A stretch of DNA of 63,855 nt, counting the filler, from Cercozoa sp. M6MM (taxonomy: Eukaryota; Protista; Endomyxa: Ascetosporea), in the NCBI GenBank assembly GCA_040357565.1. It is 11 parts of 11 records of this genome, joined end to end, with 100 filler letters (N's around TTAATTAATTAA, not from the genome) between each part and the next. Parts side by side here need not be neighbours in the genome. Positions count along the whole stretch, not along the records: positions 12,302 to 19,498 come from JBDODJ010000645.1; positions 19,599 to 24,406 come from JBDODJ010001046.1; positions 24,507 to 27,114 come from JBDODJ010001734.1; 8 more parts are not named here. One strand, given 5' to 3'. The position numbers were made by a program, and so were the translations under genes. The notes beneath the pieces are model-generated. The model did no database searches and was not told the origin of the DNA. It was given only the letters and a program-made list of their open reading frames with translations. Of this stretch, positions 12,483-25,125 are shown one piece after another; position 1 is the stretch's first letter; every line of letters begins with the position of its first letter.

Positions 12483-13867
12483 TCAGAAATTAAAAAGGTC
12501 GTCATCGTCTTCAAAAACTGAGCCATCAGAAGAATTGGAATCTGCGATGGTGTCAAAAATACACACGCATCACGACGTATATTTTAAGTATCCCTCAACA
12601 GACTGACACTAAAATCTGATACCGGTTGATTCGCTTCCACTTTCGGCATTTTCAGACTCGTCGTCCACCTCCTCAACTTCATGAGGCACGCTCGTTTGTT
12701 TTGAGACCTCTAGCAATGGAGAAAACTCTTCTGCCTTTTTGGAGCCAAGTTGGCGTGCCTCGAGCTCCTTCACATTCGCAAGCGACTCATTCGGCAAATC
12801 GACATTGATGGACGTGTATATCTCTCGCACGAAATCAGTGCTCGCGAGCATGAATGGGCAAAAGTGGCTTGAGTTCACGATCAGGGCGGATGGCTGAGAT
12901 TCCTGTGAAAACACATGTTAAACAGATCAGTTAAACAGGTCAGGTCAGTTGGTTAACCTTAGATTTCAGATCTGCTGCTGTACCTTCAAAAGATTTGCGA
13001 GTGCATTGTCAGCCACGTCAAGCTTTTGCTCAGGTAACACCACGGCTGCTATAAAATTAGACGTTTCAGATACTCATTTTCAAGACAGCAAACTCGGAAA
13101 ATACGCCGACGAGCATTGGCGAAAGCACTCCGTGACAAAAATGCTGCAGACGTGGTTGCTTCAACGTTCTCCTGAAGATTAATCGCATCAAAATGCAACA
13201 ACTTACACAGAAAAATAGATTTCTTGTTTGGAAAAGCACCTGAAACTTGGCAACTTTTTCGAACTTCTTTAATTTTCTTGCTTGCTGCTTCTCAATCCAT
13301 TCCTAGGCAGAAGACAGTCATAATTGATAGTCAAAACTGACAAACCTTACCACGCCGCCATAAACTCAGATATACCTTTTGTGCTTCGCGTTTTTCACGT
13401 GTACTCTGTGAGTTTGCTTTTGGCTACGACCCAAACATGTAGTGGCGACGCCGAACACAATCGATGATTGTTGCAGCGACCGTACTTTCGGGTTTCTCCT
13501 GTGGTCTACGAAATCTGACGCCTTGGTCTTACGTCTTCTGGCTGACATAATGTGTCCACACTCCTTGGCAGTGCATAAGACCTCGGAATCCCAGCCACAG
13601 GAGCTTTTAGAGAATTATAAAAAATCTGGTACAACGCTAGTCCATATAGACGGCTTGCGCAATCGGGCCCTGCGCTGTGCGATCTGCATTTTGCTGTAGT
13701 GCCTGCGTGGTGAGCTTCTTCTGTGACGGGAAAGGCTGTGTGTACAATTCACAAACGAGATACTGTACACAGCGACCCAATAAATTACTGTACTCAAATC
13801 CGCTGCTGCAAAAGGTGAGGATCATTTCGCACAATTCGATTGCTTCCCTGCGCCGCTTTTCAGACAT
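12483..13867 (-). CDS. Hypothetical multi-exon protein with acidic C-terminus
   Basis: Exon-like ORFs (13867 start; 12609-12914) separated by GT-AG introns, ending ...SVFEDDDDLFNF*. The exact model is uncertain. Confidence 0.4.
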
Positions 13868-14016
13868 TTATCCCACCACTGTGCCTTTACGGTGTGGCTA
13901 TTTTTAGTATCTGGCGTTATAGTATTTGTTGGATAGTAACCGATCTGCCGACAATTTCACCGTTTTTTGCTTTGAAGGTGACCACCGACAGCGCCGCCGT
14001 TTAGTGCCAACCAGTT

Positions 14017-17000
14017 ATGTCACATAAGCCGGTTGGCTTCTGGGGCTGGTTTCTACGGCGTCGTGCATGGCGGAAAGACACGTGGAGGCGTGTCTGGTAG
14101 CCTTGTATCCATCATTATTCCTTACTCTTATTAAAAGCATTGATGCTTGCGACAGGTTTGTGCTACTTCCTGACGAGCTCGTGTTTTTTGCTGCCCCAGA
14201 AGATGCCACGCGACTTGCTTGTACTCCTTCCGCCGGTACGTTGTTTTTACGCTGGTTTTGTGGTGACCTGCCCGTCGTGATGATATCTTGTGCGAAGATG
14301 CCGATCAAGACAGCGATGACGACGAAGTGCGGGTGCTGGGACGGGTTTTGCTGCGCAGCGTTGTCGCAGTGGTGCGCGATATGCAATGCCCGGACATTGG
14401 TCTGCCCGTTCAGTACCTGGCTTTTCGACTGTGCTTTTTGAGTGTGTCTCGACTTTGACATCAGTGTGTGTTAGGCTCCAAAAATTCGACCCGGTGGGCT
14501 TACTCCTCGTGACGACACGACATGCACTGCGTGTACGACTGCTAAAGAGCGATGGCATGGTTCATTGGCCGGCACTTACGCAGTATGGCTTTTTTTGTTG
14601 GCATCAAAATGTAGAGTGCCCCCTGTACAATCAACCTTACACGTGCACACCTTCATTTCAGGAGAACGGTGGCACGTGCCGTTCCGACCGACCTGTGTGA
14701 TGCATGCGGACTCGATACGCACGGACAGCTAGCACGCGTCGGCGCACCGAGGTGCAAGCTGCTACGGACACTACCTCGATGACGGTATTTTTGGGTATGT
14801 GGACGCAACAGCGAGGGCATCCGCGATCAAGGGCGACCGAAGGAGGCCCTTCTGTCAGTCTGGCTTCGACATCGAACGCTCACGTTTCTGTGGCAGCCTG
14901 TACTTCGTTTGTGTTTTTACCCGACGCGCTTTCACCTTTATCCTTAATTCTATGCTCAGGCGACTCTCGTATTCGCTTGGCCACACCTGCTGGTGTTCAA
15001 GTCGCGTCGCATCGCGCTCAACTTCCTCGACTGGCGACTGGTCCCAACTTGTCTGACTGCCCCACTGCCCTCTGGATACTCATTTCCTTTTCGCAGGCAC
15101 CGTGTGATACCAGCGAAGACTGGCTCGAGTCCTTTCATGATGTACTACATATGCGTGGCTGCCTCTATGCTATGTATGTTTACCTTTGTGTGTATGCATT
15201 CCAGAACTTGGTGTTTGGGATGCCCCTGGACGCTGTGTCGCCACCCTGCCCTGTAGCCGTTGTCGACTACCCGAATGCGGTACGTGTCGATGTAGTTGAT
15301 CGTGTGTGTGCGTGTGTGTGTGTGTGTGTCACTTGTGCTATATCATGTGCTGTGCAGAGTGGTCCGACGGTAGCCAGTGGTCAGAAGCTCGCGTATTCTA
15401 TCACACTGGATGACAGGTATGCCGTCGCATATCGTGTTTGGTGTGCTGAAGTCACACAAGAACGCTCGTTTCATGAACAGTTTTGGCGACGACATTGTGA
15501 TCGGCGTGTCACAGGCCAACGCACGTGGCAGTGCCACCGACGCCGAAACTGACGGTGTTGCAACTTCCAGCGGTAGCAGTGCCAGCAGTCGCCACAGCAG
15601 TGACGGGTACTTGCCACACTATGTGTTTTCGTGTTTGAGGGGAGCTGTTCTTGCATGTGTCTGTCTGTTTGCCTGTTGCAGTGAAACAGAGGCGAGATGC
15701 CGTGTCGATTGGCTCACGCTGTTCAGCGTACTCGAGCTTCGCTACGTTCAGGCAGTCAATCGCGCGCAACTGGCGTCTGCCACCAGGTAGTGCCCAATGG
15801 AGAGCAGGCACTACTTTTGTACCCCAGCTGTCTGGTCCACAGGAGAGGCAGAGGCCGAGGAAGGTCGGTGCTACTGTCGAACTCGCGCGAGACGGACGAA
15901 AGCGACCACCAGCAGCAGCAGCAGCAGCAGCAGCAGTCGCCGCAGCAGGAGCGAGAAGCGACACAGCAAAACACTGAGAAGACGGAGAAGACCGAAGATG
16001 ACATGGTGATTGAGTCCCTGGACAGATGGCTCGGTATCACCACCGCCGACAGTCCCACCACAGCCGATAGTACCGACCGAAGCAGCGGCGCTGGCTGCTA
16101 CGGTGACAATTACGTCAGTGGCAGTGACGACACGAGCGTCAAGAGCCACGTCTCCTGCGATCGCGACAAAGACGACAGCAACAGCAGCGGCAGCAACGCT
16201 GACAGTGACGCCGACAGTGTAGAAGCTGCATCTCCCGTCAGTACGCTGTGTTTCCCTGTTCTTGTGTGTCTGTGTCTGTCTGTGTGTCTGTGTGTCTGTG
16301 CGCCCTTTGTGTGTATTTGTGTACGCGCATGTGCATCTTTGCCGGCAGGCACACCGATAAAGCGCACGTCGGTGCAGTGTAAGGCACGCGTGCGCGCGCG
16401 AATATTGCCTCGGCATCGCCGTGTCCTTTGGCCTCTGGTACCACTGCTTCACTTTCGTTCTGTGTATTTTTACATCTGCCTCCGTATATCAGTGTCTCGG
16501 AGTGTTCAACCTGTCGGGCGATGAGGTAACACACACATACACACACACGCTTGCTCTTGCTCTTGCTCTTGCTCTTGCTCTCGTACCTGTTGCTCTTGTG
16601 ACACTGCTGGTGTTTGTAGTCTTCGTTGGATGACGAATCAACGACAGAGTCAACACAACGTCTTCGGTATCTCTTAACAGCCACTGGTGACAATGGTATA
16701 ACGTTTGTCCGCGCAGGTGGCAAAGGAGAGCACGTGCGCACGCCGATACATACGCTGCGTTGATCCGCCGCACTCTACGGTACGACAACGCGGTTGCTAC
16801 CGCCGCCAACGAAGATGTGTCGACTGTTGTGAAGGACATTCCGCGCACTCGACCACGCTGTCGCTTCTTGGATGAGGTCAGAGTTGTCTCCACCTTCCAT
16901 GTTGATTGTATTGGAATGTATTGGAATGCAATGACAGGCCATATCAGAGACGCGATTGGAGGAAGTGCGACGGGCCATTCAGAAAAGTGATGATGATGAC

Positions 17001-17156
17001 ACAGGCAGGTAGCTCTCCCAGATAAGTACAGTACTATAAATGTTTGTTCATGCATGTTGTGCACTCGCAGGTGGGAGTTTTGTAATCTGCACAATGCCAC
17101 ACATCGCGCTGCCTTAGAGAGGATACTGGTACCTTTGATTTACCGGGTGGCATAAC

Positions 17157-17203
<47 letters not shown>

Positions 17204-17303
17204 NNNNNNNNNNNNNNNNNNNNNNNNNNNNNNNNNNNNNNNNNNNNNNNNNNNNNNNNNNNNNNNNNNNNNNNNNNNNNNNNNNNNNNNNNNNNNNNNN
17301 NNN

Positions 17304-17348
<45 letters not shown>

Positions 17349-17477
17349 ACTGTGCGTGTAGGTGGTGTTCGCCAAGACAGCGGGTGCGCTGGGGTACGTG
17401 CAGGGCATGAGCGACATGGCCGCCGTGTTTTACTACGCTCTCTTGCACCAAACGGATGAAGGTACAATGTCGTTTGC

Positions 17478-17509
<32 letters not shown>

Positions 17510-18122
17510 GTGCGTGTGTGTGTGGTGTGATGCGTGTGCATCGGAATGCATACATTTGACGGATTGCATAGGCACGGACGAAGATGACAGTTGCGATGAG
17601 GCACTTGTGTTCTTCTGCTTCCTGCGTTTTGCAAGTCGTCTGAGCGACCTGTTTGCGCACGAGCTCGACGACACCTCTGTAAGTACAGTTTAACTGTCTT
17701 GGCACGATGCGTGTGAGCGTGTGCACAAGGCAACACTCTTGAGAGCAGGCTGGCGTCCTCGGTGTGGCGAGTGCGTTCGAAGAACTCCTGCGCCAACACC
17801 TGCCCGACATTGCCGCACGACTTGATGCCTTGCATGTGGTACGAATGCTCGTTTTGTGAGTTGTAAACATAGTCTCGACTGGCGTACCACTATGGTTCTT
17901 TATTCTGTAGCAACCATCGACCGTGGTGCTGCCATGGGTGCTCACCATGTTCTCTCAGGTAGACCAGCTTTGTGAACTTTGTGTCTCCTGCGCTTACACT
18001 GCCACATGCAGATTTTGCCACTTCCGATGCTGTGTCGACTCTGGGATCGCCTACTGTTGCCAACTTCCGATACGCCCGACGAAAAGAGGTGTGTATCTAA
18101 TGTATGAGTGTGTGCGTCCTGT

Positions 18123-18177
<55 letters not shown>

Positions 18178-18691
18178 ACACGTGAACAGAATGTTCCAGC
18201 TGAAACGCACGTCTTTTGCTTCGCCGTTGGTGGCGCGTGTGTTTGCCGCGTCATTGGCCTTGCTAGAAGTGCTCAAGTCGCCGCTACTCGCACGAGGCTG
18301 CGGGCTCGAGCAAGTGTGTTGCCTTTCGTTTGTTATCTGTGCGTGTGTGCGGTGCATGATGCAACGCGCCGTGCCTATGCTCAGGTGATGTCGCTCTGCC
18401 AGGCGCCACCATTGCACGATGATAGCATAGCTGATACCTTCCTCGCTTCAGTAGACAAGTGCTCCCACTTTGTGCATTCTGTGTTGCTGTGCTTGTGCGG
18501 TCAATTTCTCTGTTGCTGCTATAGATGGCTCGTTGTATTGGGATGTGATGTGCCACTTGATGGTACACGCATGGTTAGTGCATTGCTCCTGTGCGTGTAT
18601 CATACGTGACATAAACGCAGAAGAGAACGCCGACGGCAAAGGTCCGACTTGGCGATTGCCTCGGTGGACGCGCAAGAAAAAACGAAACTAA
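14017..18691 (+). CDS. PH-domain + TBC Rab GTPase-activating protein
   Basis: N-terminus MSHKPVGFWGWFLRRRAWRKDTWRRVW|FVLLPDELVFF...VLGRVLLRSV is PH-like. TBC catalytic motifs VKDIPRT (Arg finger) and GYVQGMSD (Gln finger) are present, plus PWVLTMFS and LCRLWDRLL. That PH and TBC belong to one gene is inferred; there is an internal N gap. Confidence 0.8.
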
Positions 18692-19449
18692 TTGACCCGA
18701 CGGTTGACGGAATTGTTGAGCGTGCCGTGCGCAAGAGGCTGAATCTTCAAACGATGACGTGTCGTGTGCATACGCTGGCGATGTTGCATTGATATGTATG
18801 TTGTTTGCGTGGGACAGATACGATGTGCTGTATATTCCTACCCTACCTAACCGTACTATGTGCCCCGAATCATTTGGGTGTCTGGTATGTTTAGGTAGTT
18901 ACTGCACCCTGGATGCTTTGAACTTTTTTGACGATAGGGATTCCCCATCTTAGATCAAAGAAAAACGTAACGAGGGACTATGACGCAACGGGACCAAAAA
19001 TTAAAGACAGCACAGAAACGGTCGGGTAAAATGACGGAGGTTTGAGTTGCGCACGCCGCGCGACGGCCGAACTCGCAATCAATAAATCATTGCGTTGCAT
19101 GGAATCGCAAAGCACGCCAGCGCAATGCGTCGCGGTCGTGCGGTGGGATGACGCGACGGGCGTTGTTTTCTGCGACTTGTATTCTACATTTCAATGTCGT
19201 GCGGTGAGCGCGCATCCCATGCGTTCGCTTGTTCCGCCTATGCACAAGAAGCATGACAATGATTGAATCTGATGCCGAAAGGATAGACCTAGAAAGGTAC
19301 CTCTTGCTGCCGTTTTCTCCGCCAATAGGTTTCGACGGTCGCGACCTACGGGAGCACAGCCATCTTTAACGCTGACTGGCAGCATGTGAACGCAAAACAA
19401 AAGATACGTCGTTGTAGTCCAAACAGTCGCATCGTTCGGATCGTAGGCA

Positions 19450-19498
<49 letters not shown>

Positions 19499-19598
19499 NN
19501 NNNNNNNNNNNNNNNNNNNNNNNNNNNNNNNNNNNNNNNNNNTTAATTAATTAANNNNNNNNNNNNNNNNNNNNNNNNNNNNNNNNNNNNNNNNNNNN

Positions 19599-20166
19599 AC
19601 CCCGAGAAGCTTGGTATGCCCAGTGTTGCTTTTGCTTTGTGTGCATCTTTGGCATCGGCTTTGTGATACACGGCAGACCCTGCGCTGATCCGGCCGGGTC
19701 GCGTCGATGTGATTCATCGAATTGGACACATCGGACACTCGCAAGCGATGCGAATGTTCTTGCGTTTCTTCCCGAATGCTGACGAGGACGCTGCCAAGTT
19801 CGCCGATGAGCTGGCTACGTACGCTGCCTCCAAGGGCCTCGAGCCTGATGAAGAGGGTGGGTTTATATCTACATATACTTATATATATATATATATATAT
19901 ATATATCAATAATACTGTGAGCAGGTGACGTTGTACGATCGTTGCAACTGAGTCCGGCCGACTTGCAGAGCTATTTCTTGCTGCACAAGGAGGCACCAGA
20001 CACTGCACTTGAGGACGCACAGTTGTGGCTGCAAGTGCGCGAACGCGCCAGGCACAGCAACACGCTCGTCGACAGTGCCGATATGCAAACCAATAACAGC
20101 AACGACAGCAGCACCGTCAGGGCTGAACATGGCAGCTCGCCTGTCAGGGTGGCGGCTGCTGAGTGA
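19599..20166 (+). CDS. BCS1: BCS1-like AAA+ ATPase, 3' part
   Basis: PEKL|DPALIRPGRVDV (second region of homology), MFLRFF, LSPADLQSYFL, which are typical of the BCS1 C-terminus. Confidence 0.8.
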
Positions 20167-20589
20167 TGATGATACGATAGTCAGATAGCGTAGTTCAGTG
20201 GCGTCTTTTCGGAATGGCTGTGATACAGCTACTGTACAGGCCACCCCGACTTCCATTGCAAAGCGGTGGCGACCCTAAGTGCTGAACTAACGTAAGTGGT
20301 ATGCTCTTCAGTATGTGCGTGCTTAATAGGCGACGAGAGTCAACTGTAATTTACCATGAACCATGAAGCGGTGACTGCTGAGTTTTTCTCACTCCTAGAC
20401 GGCTCTCGTGATGACGCATTCATGCCGTTCCAGGCTGTCACTGTATGTTTAATGGGGTTTTTTAGTGTTTTTACTTGACCGCCAACCTTCTTTAGAGTAA
20501 CCAGTGTGTGCACTGCTCTGCTCAAGTCATCAGCTCCAGTTAGAGCCCCATATCGACCCGCTAAGGTGCGCAACCCCACTTTTTGGCTA

Positions 20590-23500
20590 GGTGGGCCCTG
20601 TCCCTATGGCCCGCCAGAAGGCACAAACGAGGCCTGAGGGCCCCATACAACTAGCATGCGGAGTTAGAGCCCCAGCGAAGCTGCCCCAACTTTTGTTGTT
20701 TCTTGTTTCCTGCGTTCTCTTTTCTGTTTTTCGTCTCGGTGTGTTTTCGCGCCCTGACAACCCCCCACTCGCAGGATGGGGGGCTGAGTGCCTCGGCACT
20801 GGATGCTATGCATTACAGGCGTCAGCCATTGCCGGTCTCCGGCCACCCGCCAGGGAACCCACCAACAAACAAAAAACACCTATCGCTCGTGCGGAAGACC
20901 ACGATGAACGGGATCAGCTTCGGCGAGATCTGCGACCACGTGGAACAAGCAGCCCAGCCCAAGGTGATCAGCCCACGACTAGAGCATATAAATTGCTACA
21001 GCTGTGCCCACTGCCGGAAGCCCCGTCCGGTAGCGGTGCACGATCCAAACCCCGGCCAATAATTACTGGCCGGACAGGGTAGCCTAAACCCCACACCCGG
21101 GGAGCACCGAAAGGAACGGGAGGGCCTACACCAGACCGATAACCGGAAGAAGCGCCCGAGATCTGCAGCGAGACACGAAGAACGCCTCGAAATAGAAGAA
21201 CATGAAGCTGACCGAAGCCACCCACGGCACACGAGAGCTGCCCCTGCAGAGGCTCACCGAGACCTGGAGCACCCAGACCCCGACCTCGACCTACCCAGCG
21301 ACCTCGAGCCAGATCTCTCAGCGCCAAACCGACCGTGCGATCTAGACAAAGTACAACAAATCTCAACCAACGAGTCGCTAAACCAGCCGGACGAGGACCC
21401 TACGGACCAAACCCGCCGGTTAGGCACAACCGTAGAACCCACTACCAAAAATACACACCAAGCGATGATTAGAATAGGAGAAAAACGGAACAGAGCCTTG
21501 GCTGATATACAAGGAGCAGAGAGCGTAAACAATCGCAATAAACGAACAAGGCACGCAGAGAATAACAGAGAAGAGAGGGACCACCCAAACGGCGAGATCG
21601 GGATACCAGGTATGAGAGAGATTGGAATAGAACCCTATGAGAGTGATGACAACAATAACAACGATCGTCACATTGATGAGATAATTATACCCGACATGAG
21701 GGAAATTGGCCTAGAAGCATACATGATAGAACAAGAGGAAATCCTGGGACCTGAGACAGGACAGAAAAGAATAAAGGAACTGTACGAACGCGCAGACAAA
21801 CGAGCTAAGCACAGGTGCACCGCAAGACGCACACTCAACGGGGCAATGATACAGCAGGCCTTCAGGCGGGCAAAGATCGGGGCCCTACAGAACCACGCAG
21901 AAAGAAGTACGAAACTACACATCCTACACCAAAATGTGAACACCTTCAACAAGGAAAAACAACAGGAACTACTGAGCAGCATATACTGCCTGCAGCCCGA
22001 AGAAAGGCCGGACATCGTATGCTTAAGTGAAACCAGACACAACAACCCACCGCAAAGACTACACGAATACGCACTGGTCGCCTCCATCGCGCCAAAACTA
22101 TCCAAAGAAGACAACAAGACACTCCGAGAAGGCACACTGATATACAGCAAACACAAAGCACTGCTACACATTGTTGGTGTCTGGAACCCAGAAACATCCT
22201 CGTACATCCACCTAAGAGTGGGACAACATAAGAGAACGAGATTCCATCTATGGTACGCTTACATCCACCCAACCGACAGAAACTGCAAGGAACAAATGCA
22301 GCAACTGACAACTGACTTCAAGGAATTCCACAGCAGAACACAGGAGCCTGGTCTCATTCTTGGCGACCTCAATGCAAAACACGCCAAGTGGTGTGCACAT
22401 ACCAGAGATCAAGCTGGATACTCCCAGGAACACGTAGACAACGGTACAGCGAGAACCACATCAGCGCGGGCGAACAAGCAAGGCATTGCCCTACAAGAAG
22501 CAATAGCTGAAAATGACTGGGAGATACTCAACAAGTACACCCCAACCCACAGTTACAGAGTCCGAGGAGAGGCAGAGGCCAAGCCCAGAACAACGATAGA
22601 CCTTGCGATAGCTGACAGTGCCATCTCAGCACAATCTACAATATCGGTCTACGATCACCTGCACTTACTATACAGCGACCACCACGCTGTTATGGTCACA
22701 GTAGAACGAGCAGTGCGTAAACCAAAACACACCATACGGAGAAAGAACTACAAGAAGATAGATCTCCAAAAATACACAGAACATGAATCGATTCGACTGC
22801 TATCACAAGAGAGAGATGTGGACAACATCGAGCAAATCAATGACACAGTCGAAGACATCACCAAAGCCATGCAGGAAGCCATAGAAGAGGCAACACCCAC
22901 CAAAATAATCACCCAACACTCATGCCTAGGCATATCGGTCGACTCGATAAAAATCAAGAGAAACACATATAGCACCATGAAACTCATTAAGGAACTGAAA
23001 AACAAAAATGAAGATGCGTCTGAACTCGAAGCACTCCTCAAAAACATGAGAAAACAACTCAGACAATGCCTTCGCATTGATAGACAAGCACTATGGCAGG
23101 AGAGAGTGGCCAGACTGAACGCGCACACAACAATCGGGGAGACCACTCGACTACTGAGAAACATCAATGACAGAGAAACAAATGGCGCTACCAGAGCCTC
23201 AACAATTGAGGGTGCCTCAGAAGACAAAGCCATCGCAGAGATCTTCGCAGAACACTTACAAAAGAAAACCACACTAGACTGGTCCCAATTCGCAATGAAC
23301 AATGAAGTACTCGGAGAGAACAGATTTGCACAACAACACCAAGAGGTGTTACAACAGGCAGCACAACTGCAACAAGCACCAAAACTATGGACAATGGACG
23401 AACTGGAAGCTGCAATCAACACTCTCCCGCCATTCAAGGCACCTGGCAGAGACAAAATCATGAACCACCACATCATACACCTACCAGATGAGACCAAACA

Positions 23501-24406
23501 ACTGCTACTGAAGGTCTACAATGCCTGTCTCACACATGGGTACTTCCCGAAGGCATGGAAACATGCAACTATAGTGATGCTACCCAAGCCTGGCAAGGAC
23601 TGTACAAAGGCAGCTTCCTACCGACCCATCTCGCTGCTGCCGTGCCTCGGCAAGCTACTGGACAAACTCATGAACGAGAGAGCATCCCAACAAATGAACA
23701 CACAGTATGTATCCAAGTACCAATCTGGGTGGAAACAACACATGTCAACGCTAGACACACTGGCTTACATACAACAGCAGGCAGAAATGGCAAAGAAAGC
23801 AGGAGAGTACATGACAGTCATTAGTCTAGACATCAAAGGCTTCTTCGACAAGCTCCACAAAGAGGGCGCAATCATTGCCCTGTCTAAACATGTGAATGGC
23901 AAAGAACTGCTACTCATGGAGTCCTTCCTCTCAGACAGAACCATCTCGGTGAGAAGAAACGACACCGAATCAACAGACAAACAAGTCAACGGCAGCACTC
24001 CCCAAGGGGCCATCTGCAGTCCTCTACTCGCAAAGACCTTCCTCGATGACATGCACATACAACTGCAAAGAACAGGAGAACACATGAAACGACACCCCCG
24101 TAACTCTAAAATTAAAGGAGCAGTAGCCACTGCACACAGTGTCGGATACGCCGATGACTCATACATCATAGTAAGGACAACAAAGAGATCAGACATGCAG
24201 GAAGCTTGTAAGCGCCTCTTGGACACAGCCACCACCTGGGCAAAACGCAACGGCATGGAATTCGCACCTACAAAGACTCAGTTCATTCAACTGGGAACGA
24301 GGACAATCAGAGACCTCAAAATCAGAATGAAAACACTGTCCCACGACAACGAGAGAGACGACATCGAGCAAGTAGACAAAATGAGAATCTTAGGTCTCCT
24401 CATAGA
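20590..24406 (+). mobile_element. Non-LTR (LINE) retrotransposon, APE endonuclease + RT, I/Jockey/Ingi-like; 3' end cut by contig break, 5' boundary uncertain
   Basis: Intronless, A-rich coding strand distinct from host genes, with the motifs listed under its CDS. Confidence 0.92.
21465..24406 (+). CDS. LINE polyprotein (AP endonuclease - reverse transcriptase), partial
   Basis: APE: HQNVN, DIVCLSET, LGDLNAKH, TIDL, SDHH. RT: KAPGRD, PKPGKD, SYRPISLL, LDIKGFFD, PQGAICSP, YADD. Confidence 0.95.
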
Positions 24407-24506
24407 NNNNNNNNNNNNNNNNNNNNNNNNNNNNNNNNNNNNNNNNNNNNTTAATTAATTAANNNNNNNNNNNNNNNNNNNNNNNNNNNNNNNNNNNNNN
24501 NNNNNN

Positions 24507-24562
<56 letters not shown>

Positions 24563-24647
24563 AGCGAGGGCAAGCATGGTGTACCCCTCGTAGTGGGATC
24601 TATATCTGTCTTGGTGGCAGCGACTGATGGTGTGGTGATCGGGGTAT

Positions 24648-24695
<48 letters not shown>

Positions 24696-24795
24696 NNNNN
24701 NNNNNNNNNNNNNNNNNNNNNNNNNNNNNNNNNNNNNNNNNNNNNNNNNNNNNNNNNNNNNNNNNNNNNNNNNNNNNNNNNNNNNNNNNNNNNNN

Positions 24796-24837
<42 letters not shown>

Positions 24838-25125
24838 GTAAGGGGGTAAAAGACAGTGTACCGTACGCTCTTGCGTGGTTCGAGCACGTCGATGTCGGCC
24901 TCTTCGTCCACAGACCCCTGCAGGTAACATGGGGTGTAAGAGGGTAAAGAGGGAGTAAAAGTCGTACAGTTCATGAACGGAGCACCATCAATCAACGTTG
25001 GCAAGGCAACCATCTGCGCTGGATACAGACACCGACTAAATAGTCGAGTAGCAACATTGCTGGACTGAATGTTAACTAACTCCGCTATCGTATACGAGAT
25101 ATTATATCGTATCCCGATCCATCCA

